A stretch of 62,786 nt of DNA, the filler included, from Klebsormidium nitens (taxonomy: Eukaryota; Plantae; Klebsormidiophyceae): assembly GCA_000708835.1 (NCBI GenBank). It is 6 parts of 6 records of this genome, joined end to end, with 100 filler letters (N's around TTAATTAATTAA, not from the genome) between each part and the next. Parts side by side here need not be neighbours in the genome. Positions count along the whole stretch, not along the records: positions 1 to 22,159 come from DF237902.1; positions 22,260 to 39,133 come from DF237707.1; 4 more parts are not named here. One strand, written 5' to 3'. The notes under the pieces were generated by a model. That model had not been told where the DNA came from, did no database searches, and saw only the letters and a list, made by a program, of their open reading frames with translations. Shown one piece after another: positions 12,554-22,985 of the stretch. Numbering within the stretch: the first letter of the stretch is position 1; each line of letters opens with the position of its first letter. The position numbers were made by a program, and so were the translations under genes.

Positions 12554-12902
12554 GGAAAGCAGTCGGGAGAGCCGTAAAGTCACCCAGTCGAACACGAANN
12601 NNNNNNNNNNNNNNNNNNNNNNNNNNNNNNNNNNNNNNNNNNNNNNNNNNNNNNNNNNNNNNNNNNNNNNNNNNNNNNNNNNNNNNNNNNNNNNNNNNNN
12701 NNNNNNNNNNNNNNNNNNNNNNNNNNNNNNNNNNNNNNNNNNNNNNNNNNNNNNNNNNNNNNNNNNNNNNNNNNNNNNNNNNNNNNNNNNNNNNNNNNNN
12801 NNNNNNNNNNNNNNNNNNNNNNNNNNNNNNNNNNNNNNNNNATTTGGACCCGGCAAATTCGTGTTCGACTGGGTGACTTTACGGCTCTCCCGACTGCTTT
12901 CC
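12554..12902. repeat. Perfect 45-bp inverted repeat flanking an N-gap
   Basis: 12554-12598 (GGAAAGCAGTCGGGAGAGCCGTAAAGTCACCCAGTCGAACACGAA) is the exact reverse complement of 12858-12902. No TSD is evident outside the arms. Confidence 0.8.
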
Positions 12903-13484
12903 TTGGGGTCCACCATCTGTTGAACGGCACAAAATGGACGGCCCAGAATGCGTCTCCGGGTCGAAAGGCCAATCAACGGCGGAGATCGCTAGAGACGGCA
13001 CCCGAGGGGGCAGTTTTCCGTCAGAGTGACGCAACTCTGGATCGTGTGCCGGAGAGGATTCGCAGGCAGACACCCCCTGCTGCGGGGAGGATCCGACTTG
13101 GTCGATCCGGGTACACGTTCATGCCGCCCGGGCGGTCGAGCGGTTGTAAAACGGTTAGGCTCGCAGCTCTCCCCCGACGTGCACGTATCGCATAAACACC
13201 GGACAGATCGCAAACGTATCGTGCGTGAAAAGCTTCAAATAAGAAGAAATATGACCGGTGAATCGGTTTTAAGACCATTGAGGGGCCCGCTTAGACTCCA
13301 TCAGTGACCGGTCCAGAAAAGTTGATATATAAGGCGAAACATTCTTTCAAGACTTCCATTCGCATTTCTCCTTCCTCATTTCCAAGTTCCAACATAAGTC
13401 AGCAACCATCCAACACAACCAACCGACTCGGACCAGAGCCTGAGGACCAGCGGAAGATCAGCCGGGGCCTGCTTTGACTCTGGC

Positions 13485-16400
13485 TTGCTTAGCGAAATGC
13501 AGCCTGCCGGGGCCAGTGCCAGTGTTCAGAGGGGGGGAGAGACTGAGCCTGAGGTTCTCCGAGCACTGCACCCCACAACCCTACAAGAGCTGAGTGCAGG
13601 AAGGATTGTAGTAGATCCACGGTTGATCTCCGACTCCCTTGTTTCCAAGTGCACCCTGTGCAAGCAAACACTGATCGCAAAGAAGCAAGGGCTTATACTC
13701 AAATCTCCTTCCGAAAAAGTCAAACGGTGAAAGGTTTTGTGGTCACTGCTTTAGAATCAATGGCAAAAGGTCAGCGGAAGCAGCAAGCTCTCTGCCTCGA
13801 GTGCGTCAAACGCCACATTGGCTGCGTCACAGTAACCAGTTTGACGGTTTCTGTTACAGAAGAGTCAGCGCAGGTCTGGTTTGAGCGCTCGTTGCCTGCG
13901 GATGCTTGGAGGCAGCAGAAGTCACTGCTGGGAGAGGAGATTGTTGCCCTACAGGTGAAGGAGGAAGAAGCGCGACATGAATTCAGCGGGCGTTGCAGCG
14001 CAACTGCAGCGGAAACAGCGGTGAACAGAGGCCGCCATGCTGGCGAGATTCCGCGCAAGGCTCCAATCCAGCCAGTGAGAAACTGAGCATGTACTTTAAT
14101 CCAGATTCAAATTCAAAGATAGATTGTCCAGCAGTGACCTTGCACATTGAGACGGGGTTAAGTACATTGAAGGAATTTCACTCGGTCTGACTTTATCTGA
14201 ATTTGAAACATTGTTGCAGCTTGTAGATTTTCCGTTCTCATGGCTCACCCCAGATCCTCTGAAGCATATCAAAGCTGTTATCTGCAGCAACAAGTTTTGA
14301 AGTTGACTGTATTCGTCTTTTTCACATGTGCAGAACCAGCATAGCGATGCCTCAGCACCAAACTCCTCAAGTGTCACCGCCCCCCGGACCCTTGCAGCTC
14401 AGGCGGCACATTTTGTTGCCGGCATTAGCTCAGGGCAGATCGCTTTCTTTAGTGTCGGCGAGCAGAACTCTGCCAGCACAGTGTATCTGGCAACTCCCTG
14501 GAACCACAACACAGGCACAGCAAAGGCTGTTGGGCGCCCTAGCAAGGCACGAGCCTTGCCAGAAACGGTGTACTGGGACACCATGGGCAACGCAACCTGC
14601 AGCTGCGATCGGGGGCGGCTGTACTTTGAGGCGCCATGCGTTCACAAGCTTGCGCTTCAAGCGTTGGAGGTGCCAAGACGGGCAAGCCACATCTCCCTGC
14701 AGCGAGGCCCGCGGGTGTCAGAAGTGCCGTGCGAAGGGGCGGGTGAGAGAGTGTGGGGGGTCTACTGGAATGCAGGGTCCCCCTCGCCTCATCGGACGAT
14801 GGTGCACTACAGCGCCGCTGAAGAGTTCCCGTGGTACTGCAAGGGGAGACAGAGCGGGTGCAGTAAAACAGCTGACTGCTCCCACATACTGGAGGTCAAG
14901 CGTGCTCTGGAGCGCCCAGAAGGCCTGCACAGACCCGTCAACAGGTCGTTCACAGTGGAACAGCTGGAACGAGCCAATGTTGTGCTCAGCTGCAACCTGA
15001 AGACTTTGGAAGTGGCTGAGGGCGAGCTGGAGGCGGATGGTCCGGGGATTGCTCGCTGTCTTGCGGAGCTCGGTGTTGGGAGCCACCAGGAAGCTGCTTG
15101 CAAAGGGGACAGCTGTTTTTGCAAGCTGTCGCCGCAGGTGTTCGACAAATCTGGCCAACGGGCGGGTGCGGCTCCCTGCGCTGCAAGATGTTGTAGCTCT
15201 TTGGCAGCAGCGGACAGGAAGAGAGGCCGGAATCTAGAGCAGGCGGAGGCTGCTGCTGAAGAAGCTAGAGAAAAGAGACGGTCCAAGGCGTATTGGGCAG
15301 CCAGGGAACAAGCCGCAGCCGGAGGCATTGATAAGGTTGCCTTTGGTGGAGTCCGCAATGAAAAGCCCGGCGGAGCGGCGGTGAGCGGAGGGCGCAAGGA
15401 GAACGGGGCGTCAGCGGTGAGCGGAGGGTGCGAGGGGAACGGGGCGTTAGCGGTGAGCGGAAGGCGCGAAGGGGTTGGGGGGCCGGCGGTGAGTGGGGTG
15501 CACGAAGGGGTTGGAGGGGCGGCGGTGAGCGGAGTGCGCGAAGGGTTCGGGGGGCGGCAGTGAGCGGAGAGCGCGAAGAGTTGGGGGGGGTGGGAGTGAG
15601 CGGGACCAGTGAGCCGTTACAAGTTCCGGTTTGCAGCTGCTGCACGTGCCCCTCCAGCGCATGTCCTCATGGCGTTTCTGGTCAGACTGCGCCGGTACTT
15701 CCGATGGAGGCCAAGGGCGTGCAGCTCGAGGTTCCTAAGTTGGCCCGCCCGACAGATACCTGGGACGTCCATGACCCCATGGTCCAGGCGCTGCGTGATC
15801 CCATCAGGGTGAGCGAGCTTGCCAACAGAGACTTTGCAGAGCTGAGCGCGGGGCAGTTTTTGTCGGCGCCGTGTCCCAGAGCAGCTCCATCTTGCGAGAC
15901 GCGCTGGACCGGGCTATGGCAGTCAGGTTACATCTTCTCACTGGAGTGGTCGCAAGAGGTGGGTTTGATTTTGTTGGTAAAAGATTGTCATCGTACTGCA
16001 CACCGTTGGTTTCCCAAAGGGATGTTGGTCTTCTCCATTTGCGGTGCAAAGACAAGCCGGCGTTTGTTGCAACAACATTTCGAGCTTTTTGCCATTGTGC
16101 AGAGTCATAATCACTAACAGAATGAACTTCTTCTCCCTGCAGGTCAAGGTCCGCATCTACTGTTGCGCTTGCCCGGCTAAACATACCGTGCATTTCAACG
16201 GCGAGCATCTCGGTCTGTATGCTTGGACTCGAGGAATCATCGTCACACAGACTGCCTGCCAAATGCTGCTCCGTGCGGTGCAGACCGGGGGGGCCTTTGG
16301 TGGACATATCACAGCTGCCAATCAGACTCGACGGCTCTTCAAGCCAGATGCAGTGGTCCTGTCAGAGGAGTCATGGCGCCAAGCAAGCCTTGACTTCTTC

Positions 16401-19003
16401 AAGCTGTGTGGGCAATCGATCCTGGAAGCATGTAGCTTGTGTGGCCCACACCCCATGGTAAGCCAGTAAGTGATAGAGTTAGCAATTGATGAAAGTCTTT
16501 GAGGGAAATGATCAAGTCTGTTGAGCTTGTGCACTCCTTTTGAAGCCGCAAAGTGAATGAGCTTGTTGCTTGTCCTTTGCAGGCTTACATAAGCTTGTAA
16601 TGATGGATTGAAAACCCACTTCTGTAGGTACTCCTCTGTGACGGAATTGCTGGGCTCGCCTGCGCGGATGGGGGCAAGCAAAAGGGCGGTCTGGCAGGGA
16701 CGCAAGCTGCAAAGCTGCGGCCTTTCACGGCGCCCGCTCGAGATTTCACCGGTGCTGTCGTGGAGAAGGCCATGGTTGCTGGGGTCAACTTCTGCGCAGC
16801 GTCGTTGGGTGGGGCAGGAATGAAGCGCCGTCTGGTGCATCAACCCGAGTTGCGGTCACTACTGGCGCGCTACAGTGGTCATCACCCCAACGACCCCGAG
16901 TTGGGCAAGCGTTTGAGCCCTCCGGAATATGGCGAGCTGCTGGTGAGTATGTTAAGATACATCATGAGCTCTTTGAACATCTTTGCTTGCTTTTGGCAAG
17001 TAGGTACTCTGCTGACATCATGGTTGACCTCTTGCGCTCACTGAATTGCATCTAGCTTAGGTTTGATGAAGTTGCAAGCTGGCCACGTGCAGCACCCAAG
17101 TTGGATTCAAGTTTTTAGAATCTTCATCTCATGAATTCTCTTTGAACAGGTTGCTCTCGATCGCGACGACGTCCAAGTCGTGACCGAGTTCGTCTCCAAT
17201 CCGGACGAGGCCGATGCGGACCCTGTTCTGCTTCACTGGCGGAGGCGCGTTCCGTTGGACCAAGTTGGACAGCTGCGCTCGAAAAACAAGGCTGTGCTGG
17301 AGCTGCTTGATGGGATCGAGAGGGAAGCAATGCTAGAGGAGGCGCGCTGGCCACCTCGTTGTCCGGTCAAGTGGTCGGAGCTGCTGTACGGCCTGGGCGC
17401 ACCGCTCACCGTCTCGGACGATTCGAACCTCATTCAACATAGGCAAGCGCTCGCTGTGGTCCGGAAGTTGCTTCTTGGCGGGGCAGTAGACGACGCCGAC
17501 AGGGTCGTGCTAGCTGAGCATTCCCCTATCCTTCGCCGTATTCTTGACCACTACAGGGACAGGTTCCCCCCCTTCTTTCTCCCCTCTCTCCATCATCTAT
17601 ACAGACTCACTCTCTTTGGGCGAGGCGCAGTGGGGCTGGGGGTCGGACGGGCGGGGTGGGCGCATTCAGCCATCGAGGGCTTGGACGTGTGCGTATCAAT
17701 GCTGCGTGCAAGCAGGATCGCTGGTACGCCTTTCAGCGCGGCGCAACAGCAAGCGTTCCAGTTCTGGAAGACACGAGCCAACGCTCTGCTCCCGGAAGTA
17801 GAAAGCCTCAAGCCGCCAGAGCACTATGCTCTGCTCCCCGCCGAGCTGAGCATTCTCAACGAGAGACTGGGTCTTGGCCTTGACGGCTCGGACCCTTTGC
17901 CACTTCCTCCGGACCATTCGTATGGCCGCGAACAGCGAGAGCTGGGAAGCTACCCATTGCCGGGCTGGGAGCAGAAGCGGCCGCTCCCGAGGTATCAGCC
18001 TTTTGAAGATGAGCTGGGCCGTTCGGTTGAGCGGCAGGAGGAGCACCGGTGCCGGAGCGGGCTAACCATCGGTGAGTACGACGCTGAGCTAGCGTCCAAG
18101 AGTACGCTGAAATCGGCAAAGAGGCTTCGGCAGCACACGAAGGGGGGATTCGTCTTTTGCTGTCCGCATCGCGTTATATATGGCTGGCACATTATGCTTC
18201 GGGGAGAGTCACCGAGAGACCCGTTTGCCGTGCTGTACACGCGGCTCCACCGCCGTGACCTGCCCCGATACCTGATCTACGACAACAGTTGCAAACTCCA
18301 GGCCTACTGTATGCGCAGAGAGCCAGTGCATTTTGCTGATGTGCGCTTTATCGTCGATCGGTGAGTTTCCTAGACTGACCGGTCAAGATCTGCCATCCAT
18401 TGACGATATTTGCAGAGAGTGATTGATTGGAAGTGCAGATTTCGGCCATCACGTACTCGTTGTTACTACGCAATCAATCTGAGGTCGAAAAGTGTCTTGC
18501 AACGGTGACCGACAGATCACTTTAGCCCCATCCTTTTCTGCTCACAGCGCTACAAATTGCTTTTTTGCAGGTTCCACTTCCAGCGGACTTCAGCGGAGGC
18601 TCACAAGTGCGGTCCAAGTTTTAATCCAGGTAAACTCTGTTTGTAGCAGCTACTGATCTCGAGTACAAGGGAATCTGCATGGATCTTATTCAGTAAATAG
18701 CAATTGATTTGTCAGCGGTGAAAGATCTAATGCCATATTGAGCATCTTAGTGCTGTCTGTGCAGATTACTACGACTCCGTTCGATGGGTGAACACCTCGG
18801 CTGTGGAGAGCTGCAACTCGTTTCTGGTCAAATTTAGGACGTTAGCATGGTACAGTAGCCTTACTGCTTTTCTAATTATACTAGCTAATCTTATCAGCGG
18901 GCGAAACACCGAGCTTGCTAGAGTTGATGACGCAAAACTGCGGATAGCTGGCAGAGTTGACAGGTGGCAACCAGCCATACGGCATTGGCTTCTTATGTTG
19001 TAG
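13485..19003 (+). CDS. KDZ (Kyakuja-Dileera-Zisupton) transposase, Zisupton-like: SWIM zinc fingers, CxC cysteine cluster and KDZ catalytic domain; spliced, two apparent frameshifts
   Basis: Exons: about 13485-14074, 14334-15958, 16143-16457, 16628-16942, 17150-18360, 18571-18629, 18765-19003 (GT-AG, phases compatible). SWIM motifs ATCSCDRGRLYFEAPCVHKL and WYCKG..GCSKTADCSHIL. CxC segment YCCAC...ACSLCGPHPM|VLLCDG. KDZ core: GGFVFCCPHRVIYGWHIMLRGESPRDPF, YLIYDNSCKL, FIVDR|FHF, HKCGPSFNP, VNTSAVESCNSFL. Frameshifts near 13715 and 15550. Confidence 0.9.
15378..15610 (+). repeat. Coding 36-bp minisatellite (about 7 units, GxAVSG-type 12-aa repeat) in the KDZ gene
   Basis: GCGGTGAGCGGA-like unit starts at 15378, 15414, 15450, 15486, 15522, 15557 and 15593. 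The fifth unit is 35 bp, which causes the frameshift. Confidence 0.85.
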
Positions 19004-19140
19004 AGTGTTGCAAAAGATTGTAGAGTGATTTCTGAGGCAATCCGTTCGCAGACAAAAGAAGACAGTATGTGAATTTTCTTTTTTTCTATGTTCTCGTCCT
19101 GTGTGAAATAAGGCACATTACCAGCAACTATTTCAACCGG

Positions 19141-19595
19141 AGACCAGAAAGCCAAAAGACCACAATCCTATAAAGTTTTCTTTTCAAATTTTTGGGGATT
19201 AAAAAGCTATAACTGCAATATTGCCCAGACGGGGTCTTTTGGCTTTTTAGTCTTCGGCCACACCCAATCTAGCTCCAAGCTATCGAATGTAGCAATTGTT
19301 CTGGACGAAGACCGAAAAGCCAAAAGACCACATTTTTGTAAAGTTTTCATTTCAGATTTTTGTAAATCCAAAAGCTATAATCACAATATTGCCCAGACGA
19401 GGTCTTCTGGGATTTTGGTCTTCGGCCACACCCAATCTAGCTCCAAGCTATCGAATGTAGCAATTGTTCTGGACGAAGACCGAAAAGCCAAAAGACCACA
19501 TTTTTGTAAAGTTTTCATTTCAGATTTTTGTAATTTCAAAAGCTATAATCACAATATTGCCCAGACGAGGTCTTCTGGGATTGTAGTCTTCGGCC
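19141..19595. repeat. 168-bp tandem array (about 2.7 units), each unit carrying a 23-bp inverted repeat
   Basis: ACC(A/G)(G/A)AAAGCCAAAAGACCACA starts at 19143, 19311 and 19479 (period 168). The arm GAAGACCGAAAAGCCAAAAGACC pairs with GGTCTTTTGGCTTTTTAGTCTTC (21/23 in the first unit, more degenerate later). Confidence 0.9.
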
Positions 19596-19748
19596 CCCTA
19601 ATCTGCCTCCAAGTTGTCAAATGCTGCATCACGTGCACGTAGTTACAATACACTCGAGGTTCCAACCTGCAGCATGCCCCACGTCCAAACTTCCATATAA
19701 TTTCTAACTCTAAAATTAAGGCTTGCCTGTGTAATCCGTACTACCATC

Positions 19749-20033
19749 ATGTCAAAAAGAGAGGACCAGCGCAACTCGGATCTGGAAGCTTCACATGAGA
19801 TGATCGATACAACATTGTCATCGTGTCTTCACTGTGTAACGTGCTTAGAGACATCCCGGAAAAAACGTCGTCTGTATGCCAACGAATACTACAGACTCAA
19901 TAAAGAGAAGATACTATTGAAGAGGGCTCCTGAACGAGCCGAAAGCGGTACCCAAATTGGTGTTAAAACTCGTGATCGAATCACCTCTAGGTTAAGAGAG
20001 TTTGAGATGTCCACTCTTCCTTGTGTTGTATAG
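19749..20033 (+). CDS. Small intronless ORF (94 aa) with a YYRLNKEKILLKR segment; possibly a virus-type small protein remnant
   Basis: CxxCxxC followed by RKKRRLYANEYYRLNKEKILLKR, reminiscent of YYxxNKEKI helices in small viral/transposon ORFs. It lies directly upstream of the Prim-Pol gene on the same strand. Confidence 0.3.
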   Translation: MSKREDQRNSDLEASHEMIDTTLSSCLHCVTCLETSRKKRRLYANEYYRLNKEKILLKRAPERAESGTQIGVKTRDRITSRLREFEMSTLPCVV

Positions 20034-20162
20034 ATGCTTGTTTGGCTGATTCAAAGTTTGCATACAATTGTATCTCTGGCTAAAATCCAATTTGCGTTTA
20101 CATTGTCTCCAAAAAAATTTCTAGCATAGAAACTAAGGTGGCGTCTCGACGGTCTTTCGAAT

Positions 20163-21191
20163 ATGGTTTCTCACCTCATTCAAGCGTTGGATGAGTATGC
20201 AAAGCAGGGACTTTTTGCCATACCTGCTTTAGTTTCTCTCAACAATAACGGCTCAAAAGATGTAAAACGGACGATGCCGCACTCCAAAATGGACACAGCA
20301 ATTCGTACGCCCGCCGAATGGCATGCTTCAAGAAATCGTATCCTTCAATATATCGAAAAGGAAAAATACAACTTTCTTGCAATCAAATGCGGGCCACTTA
20401 GTAACGTATTTGTTTTTGATGTTGATGTCCATGACAAAATCGATGAAGACATAGAAGCAGGTCTCAATTTATGGAACGAGCTTATACGTGAGCATGGCGA
20501 GCCCGACACGTTATCAGCGTCTACATGCAGCGGTGGGCTTCATTACTACTTCGATTTGGAAGAGACAATCAAGAATGGTCTTGTTTCAAATAAATGCTTC
20601 AAAGGCCTTGACTACAATGGACAAGTCTATGGAATTGACGGTCGAGGTGAGGGTGGTATTGCTTTTGCACCGCCAAGCACCCTAGGCCCCAATTGCAGAT
20701 ACACATGGAATGGAAATCCTGTTAGACAAGCAATAAAAGCAGCTCCAGCTTGGGTAATTGACCTTATCAATCGATGCACAAAAGGTGCTGGTCAGTTAGC
20801 ACCGAAAGTAAGCGTTGATCATGCAATGGAAATGATTATTACTGATCAAAACACAGTGTTCAAGATTGCTCCATGTGATGATCAAAATGAAGAAGATGAG
20901 CCGATGAGCATGTCGAAGGCCAAGTCAAGCGAACATAAGATTGCCGAAGCCATGATGACCCTGCTCAGAAACCGTGAGCTGCATGAAAACGTTCGTTTTT
21001 CCGGCAATATATCATCTCACGGCCCGTACGGAACTTTTTACTCCTTCATATGCGAAGGTCCGCGAAAATGCATACATAGGCATCAACATAATGGATCCAA
21101 TAATCTGACTAGGCTGATCAAAAAAGGATGGATAGTATTATACCGGTGCTTTGGATTAGAATGCTCGCACAAGAAAGTCCAGTGTATTTAG
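20163..21191 (+). CDS. Bifunctional DNA primase/polymerase (Prim-Pol, AEP superfamily) plus zinc-binding domain; N-terminal half of a primase-helicase
   Basis: NFLAIKCG..SNVFVFDVDV (motif I DxD), STCSGGLHYYF (motif II), IDGRGEGGIAFAPPS (motif III), RYTW, APAWVIDLI. C-terminal CIHRHQH...YRCFGLEC resembles the PrimPol/UL52-type Zn finger. Intronless and AT-richer than host exons. Confidence 0.9.
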   Translation: MVSHLIQALDEYAKQGLFAIPALVSLNNNGSKDVKRTMPHSKMDTAIRTPAEWHASRNRILQYIEKEKYNFLAIKCGPLSNVFVFDVDVHDKIDEDIEAGLNLWNELIREHGEPDTLSASTCSGGLHYYFDLEETIKNGLVSNKCFKGLDYNGQVYGIDGRGEGGIAFAPPSTLGPNCRYTWNGNPVRQAIKAAPAWVIDLINRCTKGAGQLAPKVSVDHAMEMIITDQNTVFKIAPCDDQNEEDEPMSMSKAKSSEHKIAEAMMTLLRNRELHENVRFSGNISSHGPYGTFYSFICEGPRKCIHRHQHNGSNNLTRLIKKGWIVLYRCFGLECSHKKVQCI

Positions 21192-22057
21192 GCTCCCTCA
21201 GCCTTGCCGACGCGTTATTAGATGCAAATCCAGCTAGATTGCACCCAACATTTGACAAGAGCGTATTTCCTGATAACAATCGAGAACTCTCCGATTCAAT
21301 AATACGAGTCCATTTGGATCTCGTCAGAAAAAATATCATGGATCGATATAGAGGCTTGGCAACTATCTTTAGTACACTCTACCTCGTCGATGGGCGAATT
21401 TTGGCTGAAAGAAAGAGCTTCTTGTCCTGGAATGGAACTCGATGGCTTGTCGACTCTTCATTCCAGATTCAATGCGTGTTTTCGAGCCACATGTCACGGA
21501 TTCTGAAATGGTATCAAAATTTACGAACCATGGCGTTCAAGAAAGAATTTCTTCATGCAGCCGGTGATGAATCAAAATGGGGAGTGATCAACGACTCAAA
21601 CTTACCAGATTGGGCTTTAAATCCGCGATCGGATGATCAGAAGGAGCTTGTTCAACAATGCTGGAAATCTGTTTCTGCCGACTTTCCGTACCCCACAAAG
21701 AACGAAATGGTTGACCTTACTCGAGGCTCTGAGGTCCGAGTTTGTCTTGAATATGTATTAAATCTGCTCCAAGTACAAGACGAGCTTCATACTCAAATGG
21801 ATCTTGCACACCCCAATCTGTTTGCTACCGCCAATGGGGTGCTGGATACCACGTGTGGAAAACTTCTCCCGTTCCATCCATCCCAATTATGCTCACGATC
21901 GTCAAAAGTCTGCTATCGCGGCTTGGCAACACAAGATAGCCGCTTTTCAAAGTTTCTTCTTGATTGTTTCAATGACGATCGGGAAATCCTTGAATGGTAT
22001 CAGATGTATCTTGGCTATTGTCTTACAGCGGACACTAGCGAACAATTGTTTCTGTAA
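21128..22057 (+). pseudogene. D5-like primase-helicase continuation (D5_N region), frameshifted from the Prim-Pol ORF and truncated just before the SF3 Walker A motif
   Basis: FLSWNGTRW, MDLAHPNLFATANGVLDTTCGKLLPFHPSQLCSRS (D5_N-like), then FSKFLLDCFNDDREILEWYQMYLGYCLTADTSEQLFL*, which normally leads into GxGxNGKS. It joins the upstream ORF by a -1 shift near 21176-21180. Confidence 0.85.
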
Positions 22058-22160
22058 CGATTACGACTGGTTAAGCCTAACCTCGTTCTCGACAGGATTT
22101 CGTTGACCTGCGGGTTAGCGAAACGGCGGTGGTTACGTCTTAACGACGCACTGCGTGGCN
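22053..22160 (+). mobile_element. Probable 5' end of an LTR inserted into the helicase gene
   Basis: Coding similarity ends abruptly at TGTAACGATTACGAC. TGTAAC is a common Ty3/gypsy LTR start. A similar TGTAACGGCACGAC start occurs at 59966, also just before a gap. Confidence 0.4.
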
Positions 22161-22400
22161 NNNNNNNNNNNNNNNNNNNNNNNNNNNNNNNNNNNNNNNN
22201 NNNTTAATTAATTAANNNNNNNNNNNNNNNNNNNNNNNNNNNNNNNNNNNNNNNNNNNNACCCTCCGTTGATATGGGCTACCAAAAATTCTTTTGATATC
22301 CCAGCATCCCCCCATGAGGAAAGCCTACCTTCCGAGAAGATTCTATCTTTTCATTTTTTCCCTACGGAGCCGTTTTGCCGGGGGGGTCCTGCAGCGTAAA

Positions 22401-22593
22401 CTGCACATTTTGCCAACTTCTCTTGAGCTTCGTATTGCTCTAGCATGTTGTATCATAGCTCGAGGGGCCTTCAAACATGCTTCTCAATGCCCCCAACCAC
22501 CTCGAAAAAGCGGAATGCAAATCCATGATGTCTACATCAAGTTTTAGGGTTTTGAACATGCTCCCACTGTCGAATACCGTCTTACCACCTTAA
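22401..22593. repeat. Dispersed repeat copy 1: element end terminating ...TTACCACC|TTAA
   Basis: About 190 bp similar to 53721-53909. Similarity stops exactly after TTAA (22590-22593) in both copies. Confidence 0.75.
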
Positions 22594-22985
22594 AGGACGG
22601 TCTGCGGATTGAATGTACGTGGTTCATAGGTTATATAGTCACGGCTTTTGGATGTAAGATTCGTATATCTTAGTAATGGCATGTGGACGTACGCGAAATG
22701 TTTGCGGACTGCCATGATGATGCATGTTTAATATTATAGGATCGTTTAGTGCAACGGTCGATACGTGTGCCAACGTTTGTCTACAATTGCAGCGGCGGTC
22801 ACCATGGTCGCGCGCAATCAAGATCTGCAGTCAAATGTTGTATACAGCGGCCTTGTATCACATTCAATCTTCTCAATCGGCATAACGAATGATTGGTTGT
22901 TGCAGAACTTCTGGTCGGCTTTGGTGCCAATGGAAGTCAGCGACTAGCAGTACGCACATCGAGGACAAGTCATACGTCAGAAAGC

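Noticed and set aside
12388-12976. ORF-track entries containing long X runs (also 40225-41407 and 47318-48313)
   Set aside because: Artefacts of translating N-gaps.
15378-19595. 36-bp and 168-bp repeats considered as CRISPR-like arrays
   Set aside because: Units are contiguous tandem repeats without unique spacers, the context is eukaryotic, and no cas genes are present.
22204-22215. TTAATTAATTAA embedded in N-runs (also near 39177, 53665, 55622, 60124)
   Set aside because: Identical stop-in-all-frames spacer centred in gaps; an assembly/scaffolding linker, not biology.
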